In this document: positions 46,498-52,042 of the stretch, one piece after another | Layout of the letters: every line of letters begins with the position of its first letter | Position numbering within the stretch: position 1 is the first letter of the stretch | Source of the DNA: a virus | Lineage: Duplodnaviria; Caudoviricetes | IMG/VR virus record: IMGVR_UViG_3300044591_001148 | Location: 1-52,042 of that record | DNA length: 52,042 bases | Direction: 5' to 3' (one strand) | Program-made: the position numbers and the translations under genes | Notes under the pieces: model-generated | The model's input: the letters and a program-made list of their open reading frames with translations, nothing else | Databases searched by the model: none | Told to the model about the DNA's origin: nothing

Positions 46498-49400
46498 ATG
46501 GCCAACTGCACCTACACGTTCACCGACGGCACCACGATCAAGGGCATACCCGCGCTCAAGGCGTTCTTGGTCAATGGCGGGCTCGACACCTACCTGCCTG
46601 AGCGTGCCATGGAGATGCAGGGCCCGGCGGCGAGTGCACGCCAGACCGACACGCCTGAGTTCAAGCGTTGGTTTGGCGATAGCGAGGTGGTGGATGACGC
46701 GGGCAAGCCGATGGTGGTTTATCACGGGACAACTGACAAAGATTCTGATGGCGGGATTACGGCATTCAAGTCCTCAAAAACTGGGAAGCTTGGCGCTGGT
46801 GTGTACATGACCGCAGAGTCGTCGCGTGCCTCAAATTACGCGAAGGAAAAAGGCCTTGGCGGTCGCGGAGCTTACGTGCTGCCAGTTTATGCGAGCCTTA
46901 AAAATCCCGTTGTTTTTGTGGAACAGAAAAACGGTCTTGTGCTTGAAACACGGCCTGACTTGTTTGGCAAAGAGAGTCCCTACGGACGCTTGGACGGCAA
47001 TGAAATCCAACAAGTTCTTGTTGACGCTGGCTATGACGGCGCCATCATTAAAGATACCAACGGCGTACTCGTAGAAATTCTTGCATTCAAGCCCACCCAA
47101 ATCAAGTCTGCCATCGGCAACACCGGCGCCTTTGACCCGGAGAACCCGGACATCAGGTTCAGTGCACGCCAGACCGACACGCCCGCATTCAAGAGGTGGT
47201 TTGGCGATAGCGAGGTGGTGGATGACGCGGGCAAGCCGATGGTGGTTTATCACTCAACCCCCGAAGACTTTTCGGTGTTTGATACCGCTCGGTCAGAACT
47301 TGGATCTCACTTTGGTCCAGCTGAGCAGGCAAACACTTTTGGCGGCAGCAACGGTAGGCGCATTATGCCGGTCTACTTGTCTATCAAAAAACCAATTCGT
47401 TTAGTTGACTACGGGCAGTGGGACGCGGCAAACACTTGGGGCCAGCTTGTTGACCTTGGTGTTGTAGAGGACGAGGGAGATAAAATTTCGGATTCCCTTG
47501 TAGGCATGGCAACAGGGGGCGCTGGCGATAAGGTGGTGCAAGATGCTTTGATTAAAGCTGGCTACGACGGCATCGTCTATTTAAACCGGCGAGAAGGGTT
47601 TGATCCATTTGGACCCGACGGCGTAGACGGAAACGAGTTGAACGAGATGACGGACGAGGAGGTAATGGATTACTTTCCGGAAGCCCAAGACTCCTATATC
47701 GTCTTCAAGCCCACCCAGATCAAGTCTGCCATCGGCAACACTGGCGCGTTCGATCCGGAGAACCCGGACATCAGGTACAGCCCGAGGCAGTTCCCGTCTG
47801 CCCGGGGGCAGCGGTTCACCCTGAAAGACGAGACCTACACCAAGACAGTCCAGCGCAACTTGCAGGATTACTTTGCCCGGGTCGCTGACGTGCAGGGCGC
47901 CCTGTCTGCGCAGGGAGGCAAGGTGGGCGAGGCCCAGAACGTCTACTTGGCTGAGGAGCTGTCTTACGGTCGCCTGCAGGAGCAGATGGTCGACTTCAAA
48001 GAGGACATGCTCAAGCCTCTGATCAAGGAAGCCAAGGCCGCCGGCTTGGAGCTCAGCGATCTGGCCCTCTATGCCTACGCCAAGCACGCGCCTGAGCGCA
48101 ACCAAGCCATCGCAGCACGCAACAAGACCTTCGGCAAGGGCGAAGGCTCGGGCATGACAACAAGCGAAGCCAACAACATCATGCGTGCTTTCAAGGCAGA
48201 GGGCAAAGACACCGCTCTCGCCGACTTGCACGACAAGCTCATGCAGATCACCCAAGCCACCCGACTTGTGCTGCTGAGCGAGGGCCTGATCACTCAGGAC
48301 CAGTTCGACTCCCTGCAAAGGCAGTACTCTGACTACGTGCCTCTGCGCGGGTTCACCGAAGACGAAGACCTCGAGTCCGGCCGTCCCGTTGCTGGTCCTC
48401 GAGTCGGTGGCCGGGGGTTCAACATCCGAGGCAAAGAAACCATGCGTGCACTTGGACGCGAGTCTCGAGCCGGTCACGTCATCGAGAACATCGTCCTCGA
48501 CTACGAACGCGCCGTGGCCCGGGCCGAACGCAACAACGTGGCCAAGGTGTTCTTGGATCTGGTAACGACCAACCCAGACCCGGGCCTGTGGGAGATCGAC
48601 TCTGTCCGGACAAAGGCTGCATTCGATCGCGCGACTGGGATGGTCAGGTACAACACCTTGATCGACAAGGGAGAGGACACCATCTCGGTCAAGATTGACG
48701 GAAACGAGATCTACATCAAGATCAAGGACCCCCTGCTTCTGCGTGCCATGCGTAACGCGGGCAAGGACGAGACCGGCGCGATCGACCGGGTGCTGGCCAT
48801 GACCCTTGGCCGGTACACCGCCCTGATGCGCAACACCCTGACCCGTTACAACCCAGCCTTTGGTTTTACCAACGCGGTAAAAGACCTCGGCTTCGGCGCG
48901 GTCTCGGCTTTGTCTGATCTGGGTCCAAAGGGCGCGGCTCTGTTCTTCAAGAACTACGCCAACCCTGTCCAGTCAGGTCAGATGTTCGAGGAGTTCCGCG
49001 CGGCTGGGGCGACCACCGGTGGCTGGCACATACGAGACCAGCAGGAGATGCAGAAGGAACTGCAGAGGCTGGTCGAGTGGGAGGGTGGCTCGTCCATCAA
49101 ATCCACGGCCTACTCGATGGGCAAAGCCACTCTGGACGCGTTGGAATTCATTGGCCAGTACAGCGAAACGCAAGCCCGTTTTGCCGCGTACAAAGCAGCC
49201 CGGCAGTTGAACAAGTCGCCTGCCGATGCGGCCAGCATTGCGAAGAACCTGACCACCAACTTCAACCGCAGGGGAGAGTGGGGCTCGGCGATGAACACGA
49301 TGTACCTGTTCTTCAACGCAGGCGTGCAGGGCTCGGTCAAGACAGTCAAGAACCTGCGCAGCCCATACGTCATGGCAGCGATGGCTGGTCTGTCCGGCAT

Positions 49401-50481
49401 GGCTGCAGGTCTGGCTTTCATGGGCGCGGGCGTGGGCGGAGATGACGATGACGGTGAAGCATACTGGGACAAGATCCCCCAGTTCGAGAAGGAACGGAAC
49501 CTGATCATCATGCTGCCGCCCGGAGAGGGGATGATGATCAAAGGCGAGAGCAAGGTCGGCAAGAACGGCCGGTATTTCAAGTTGCCAATCCAGTACGGAA
49601 TAAACGTGTTCTCTACGCTCGGGTACCAGATAGCCGACTTGGCCAGATACACACAGAACCACAGCCGTGGTGTCAGCCCGGCGAAGGCAGCCACCAACAT
49701 GGTGTCGGTGACCTTCGGCTCTTTCAACCCGTTTGGCGGGGGTTTCAACCCAAGCAAACCGACCGAGGTTGCACTCGCGGTCTCGCCTTCGGTCGTGGAC
49801 TTGGGCGTGCAGGCTCTGATGGGAGTCAACAGCTTCGGCACACCAGTCGCTCCCCGCAAATACGACGACGTCAAGCCTGACGCGGAGAACTTCGGGCCCG
49901 GCATGGCAGGCACGTGGGAGCAACGTTTGGCCCGCTGGCTCAGCGAAAGCACTGGAGGTAACCGTGCTGTGGGCGGTGCGATCGACGTGTCCCCCGGATC
50001 GATACGCAACATTGTCCGCAACCTGACCGGCGGAACCGGCGATTTTCTTGCGTCGGTGTTCGTCAACATTCCGTCCAAAATGTGGAGCCCTGAAGGTGAG
50101 GTTGGACCTCGAGACGTGCCTGTGCTCAAAGCCTTCTACGGTGAGGTCGATGACGTGACCGACTCGAAGCTGTTCTACGAACGCAAGGCCGAAGTCTTGG
50201 AAGCTGCCAAGCAAGCATCTGATCGGCAGAAGCTGGGCATCGAGGTGGAATACGATCCCGAATCCAAGGGCCTCCAGTCTCTTGGCAACTCCGCGAAAAG
50301 CTACACCAAGAAGATGACCGAGCTTCGCAAGCAAGAGTTGAAAGTCGCTGAAGACTCAAGCTTGACCGAGGCCCAGAAGAACAGCGAGCGCAAGGCCATC
50401 CAAAAAGAACGGGCTCAAATAGCGTCTGAGTTCAACGCTCTCTACTACGGGATGAAGAAAGACTTGGCCGCGGTCAAGTAG
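46498..50481 (+). CDS. Giant polyvalent protein: two ART-PolyVal-like domains + LPD38-like C-terminus
   Basis: Two FKRWFG..VVYH[GS]T..PVY..GYDG..PTQIKS units; YLFFNAGVQG..IPQFEKERN C-terminal region. Confidence 0.8.
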   Translation: MANCTYTFTDGTTIKGIPALKAFLVNGGLDTYLPERAMEMQGPAASARQTDTPEFKRWFGDSEVVDDAGKPMVVYHGTTDKDSDGGITAFKSSKTGKLGAGVYMTAESSRASNYAKEKGLGGRGAYVLPVYASLKNPVVFVEQKNGLVLETRPDLFGKESPYGRLDGNEIQQVLVDAGYDGAIIKDTNGVLVEILAFKPTQIKSAIGNTGAFDPENPDIRFSARQTDTPAFKRWFGDSEVVDDAGKPMVVYHSTPEDFSVFDTARSELGSHFGPAEQANTFGGSNGRRIMPVYLSIKKPIRLVDYGQWDAANTWGQLVDLGVVEDEGDKISDSLVGMATGGAGDKVVQDALIKAGYDGIVYLNRREGFDPFGPDGVDGNELNEMTDEEVMDYFPEAQDSYIVFKPTQIKSAIGNTGAFDPENPDIRYSPRQFPSARGQRFTLKDETYTKTVQRNLQDYFARVADVQGALSAQGGKVGEAQNVYLAEELSYGRLQEQMVDFKEDMLKPLIKEAKAAGLELSDLALYAYAKHAPERNQAIAARNKTFGKGEGSGMTTSEANNIMRAFKAEGKDTALADLHDKLMQITQATRLVLLSEGLITQDQFDSLQRQYSDYVPLRGFTEDEDLESGRPVAGPRVGGRGFNIRGKETMRALGRESRAGHVIENIVLDYERAVARAERNNVAKVFLDLVTTNPDPGLWEIDSVRTKAAFDRATGMVRYNTLIDKGEDTISVKIDGNEIYIKIKDPLLLRAMRNAGKDETGAIDRVLAMTLGRYTALMRNTLTRYNPAFGFTNAVKDLGFGAVSALSDLGPKGAALFFKNYANPVQSGQMFEEFRAAGATTGGWHIRDQQEMQKELQRLVEWEGGSSIKSTAYSMGKATLDALEFIGQYSETQARFAAYKAARQLNKSPADAASIAKNLTTNFNRRGEWGSAMNTMYLFFNAGVQGSVKTVKNLRSPYVMAAMAGLSGMAAGLAFMGAGVGGDDDDGEAYWDKIPQFEKERNLIIMLPPGEGMMIKGESKVGKNGRYFKLPIQYGINVFSTLGYQIADLARYTQNHSRGVSPAKAATNMVSVTFGSFNPFGGGFNPSKPTEVALAVSPSVVDLGVQALMGVNSFGTPVAPRKYDDVKPDAENFGPGMAGTWEQRLARWLSESTGGNRAVGGAIDVSPGSIRNIVRNLTGGTGDFLASVFVNIPSKMWSPEGEVGPRDVPVLKAFYGEVDDVTDSKLFYERKAEVLEAAKQASDRQKLGIEVEYDPESKGLQSLGNSAKSYTKKMTELRKQELKVAEDSSLTEAQKNSERKAIQKERAQIASEFNALYYGMKKDLAAVK
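46633..47253 (+). repeat. 93-bp direct repeat (box A): 46633-46725 and 47161-47253
   Basis: 5 mismatches by manual comparison. Confidence 0.9.
47086..47776 (+). repeat. 73-bp direct repeat (box B): 47086-47158 and 47704-47776
   Basis: 5 mismatches, all synonymous, by manual comparison. Confidence 0.9.
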
Positions 50482-50704
50482 TTGGGTGTGGGCAGTTGTC
50501 GGGCACGTGGACCGCACACCAGACTGCTTGATGCGGGCATGCGCCCCGGGGCGGCTTCCAGCGGTCGATGTAGACATCCGGCATCTTGGTCACCGCCCGG
50601 TGGGCGTAACGGTAGGGCACTCCGGCAAATTGGGCAATCTCGTTGATGGTCAAGCCGTCAGGATGGACGCGCAGGGTGTTGCGCACAAGGAGCTCAGTCT
50701 TCAT
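50474..50704 (-). CDS. Small HTH-like early protein
   Basis: PDGLTINEIA...MPDVYIDRW...PDNCPHP. Confidence 0.7.
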   Translation of the reverse strand: MKTELLVRNTLRVHPDGLTINEIAQFAGVPYRYAHRAVTKMPDVYIDRWKPPRGACPHQAVWCAVHVPDNCPHPTT

Positions 50705-50949
50705 GCCCTCTTCCGCGGCAATGGAGCCCAGTGGGTCCAGAACTGGGTCTCATTGGGTCGGTGCCGGTACTGGCCAAGTGAGGCCACGCCGCCGCGGCCC
50801 AGCAGAAGTACCTTGACGCCGGTCGGGGTCGACGGGTCGATGGGTATCCAGTAATACTCATGCGACACCATCGCAGTCCTCGTGCTGTCCAGCTTGAACT
50901 TTCGTTCGTGCTTTACGAGCTCGAACTCCTCGTCTTCAGTGATTACCAT
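50701..50949 (-). CDS. Hypothetical early protein (homolog of 10755-11000)
   Basis: Aligns end to end with 10755-11000. Confidence 0.8.
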   Translation of the reverse strand: MVITEDEEFELVKHERKFKLDSTRTAMVSHEYYWIPIDPSTPTGVKVLLLGRGGVASLGQYRHRPNETQFWTHWAPLPRKRA

Positions 50950-51038
50950 GGCGCATCCTCGTGATTGTTGGGGTTGAAGGGGATGGGCTTAGCTGGCTGC
51001 GGCTTGGGCAGTTCAGTGGGAAAGGGCCAGTTATCCAT
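50943..51038 (-). CDS. 31-aa Pro-rich peptide (MDNWPFPTELP...)
   Basis: Fills the gap exactly, overlapping both neighbours. Confidence 0.5.
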   Translation of the reverse strand: MDNWPFPTELPKPQPAKPIPFNPNNHEDAPW

Positions 51039-51936
51039 GGTTCTTTGCTTTCAACAGGGCTGTTACGGTGTCAACAACTGCCATTCCCGCCCTTGTCACC
51101 GGGCCGTTGTTAAGGCTGAAGTGATAGCGCAGGATCTCGTTTGCGTCTATCTCAGCACCCGTCAGACTTAGCCACGGGCGCTGGGTTGTGGGTGGTACTG
51201 GTTGTGCCATTAACTCTCGCGGAACCATCTCACACAGAGCGTCTGCCATGTGGCTCGGCATCTTCCGCTGTGCTGCGGGTGGGGCGTCAGCCCACTTCTC
51301 AAGCACCGTCTTGCATTTCAAAAAGAATGCCAGCCGATGCTCAGAACCACTCGCATGGACCCACGGAAAGCCCTTTCTCTTGCTGAACAGAGACCCATAT
51401 GTATACCCAGCGTTGAACTCGCTTTCAATTTCTACTAGCGCGGTGCTTACGTCTGCGCTCAATTCCTTGAATGTGTGGTTGTCGCGCATGTAGTAAATCG
51501 GCGTCGGCTCGGCTTGCTGCTCTGGCTGTGATGCGGGTGGGGTGACGAATGGTGGCTCAAATCCAGCGTTTAACATAAGCGTTTGCACCGCCGTAGGGAT
51601 TGCACGGAATTGGTGACAGCAGGCTGGGCAAATCACTTTGTTACCGTCCGCCACCGGCTCGGCTTGCTGCTCTGGCTGTGATGCGGGTTGAAAAGCTGGG
51701 TGTTTAGCGAAAGAATCTGGGTTATCTTCTTCAATAATCCACTTCGCCACCGGCTCCTGCTCTGGCTGCTCCAGTGCTTTGCGTAGGGCGGTTGCCGACT
51801 CACGAATTTTCCGCAATCCACGATCAATACTCTTTGGCGTATAAGCTGCCCCAACGAGTGCAATATTGTCGGCAATGGCCAACGCCTCCAGCCCCTGCTG
51901 CACTGTGGCACGGGGTATTGTGATGGTGTCAGTCAT
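51031..51936 (-). CDS. Mosaic early protein with QPEQ linkers
   Basis: Three linker copies; 34-bp identical repeat at 51505-51538 and 51655-51688. Confidence 0.75.
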   Translation of the reverse strand: MTDTITIPRATVQQGLEALAIADNIALVGAAYTPKSIDRGLRKIRESATALRKALEQPEQEPVAKWIIEEDNPDSFAKHPAFQPASQPEQQAEPVADGNKVICPACCHQFRAIPTAVQTLMLNAGFEPPFVTPPASQPEQQAEPTPIYYMRDNHTFKELSADVSTALVEIESEFNAGYTYGSLFSKRKGFPWVHASGSEHRLAFFLKCKTVLEKWADAPPAAQRKMPSHMADALCEMVPRELMAQPVPPTTQRPWLSLTGAEIDANEILRYHFSLNNGPVTRAGMAVVDTVTALLKAKNHG

Positions 51937-52042
51937 GTGGTGCGCTCCTTCAGTTTGGCGTCCATTTGGGCCAGCATTTCTTCAAAAAACGCAAACCGTA
52001 AATCAATAACAGAAAAGTCAACCGCCTCATCGGACATTACAT
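51933..52042 (-). CDS. 3' end of an early gene (partial)
   Basis: ...DAKLKERTT* resembles the EAKLKERNGY end of 10990-11784. Confidence 0.5.
   Translation of the reverse strand, partial: VMSDEAVDFSVIDLRFAFFEEMLAQMDAKLKERTT

Noticed and set aside
46633-47776. Diversity-generating retroelement template/variable repeat pair
   Set aside because: Mismatches are not adenine-specific, both copies are in frame in one gene, and no reverse transcriptase is present
48973-50334. Long antisense ORFs (453 aa, 339 aa) and similar ones at 21065-21910, 30036-30803, 40359-41198 and 47581-48477
   Set aside because: Shadows of GC-rich sense genes with clear motifs; no recognisable domains of their own

Overview
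This window is tailed-phage (podovirus-like) DNA with no host chromosomal genes, and it appears to contain two related phages joined together. Bases 1-~34,969 form a near-complete ~35 kb genome (phage A). It carries lysis genes, tail and ejection genes, a leftward block of small early genes with a free-standing HNH endonuclease, a Cro-only divergent switch, RuvC, a PD-(D/E)XK nuclease, an SSB-like gene, primase-helicase, terminases, portal, scaffold, capsid and tail fibres. The 15-mer GTGGGGGACACATGA occurs at 3-17 and again at 34955-34969, closing the circle. Beyond it lies a second lysis module, second ejection module and second early block (phage B), including two giant polyvalent proteins with a ferritin gene between them. 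The main findings are: (1) a compact, ORF-less 266-nt group I intron splitting the major capsid gene; (2) three perfect DnaA boxes beside a dif-like Xer site between terS and terL, in a phage with no integrase; (3) two divergent ADP-ribosyltransferase-like cores bracketed by near-identical DNA boxes; (4) the ferritin embedded in an injected-protein operon; (5) an iteron/hairpin origin candidate; and (6) mosaic early genes built on shared short DNA linkers. Family names come from motif recognition by eye; no database searches were run.
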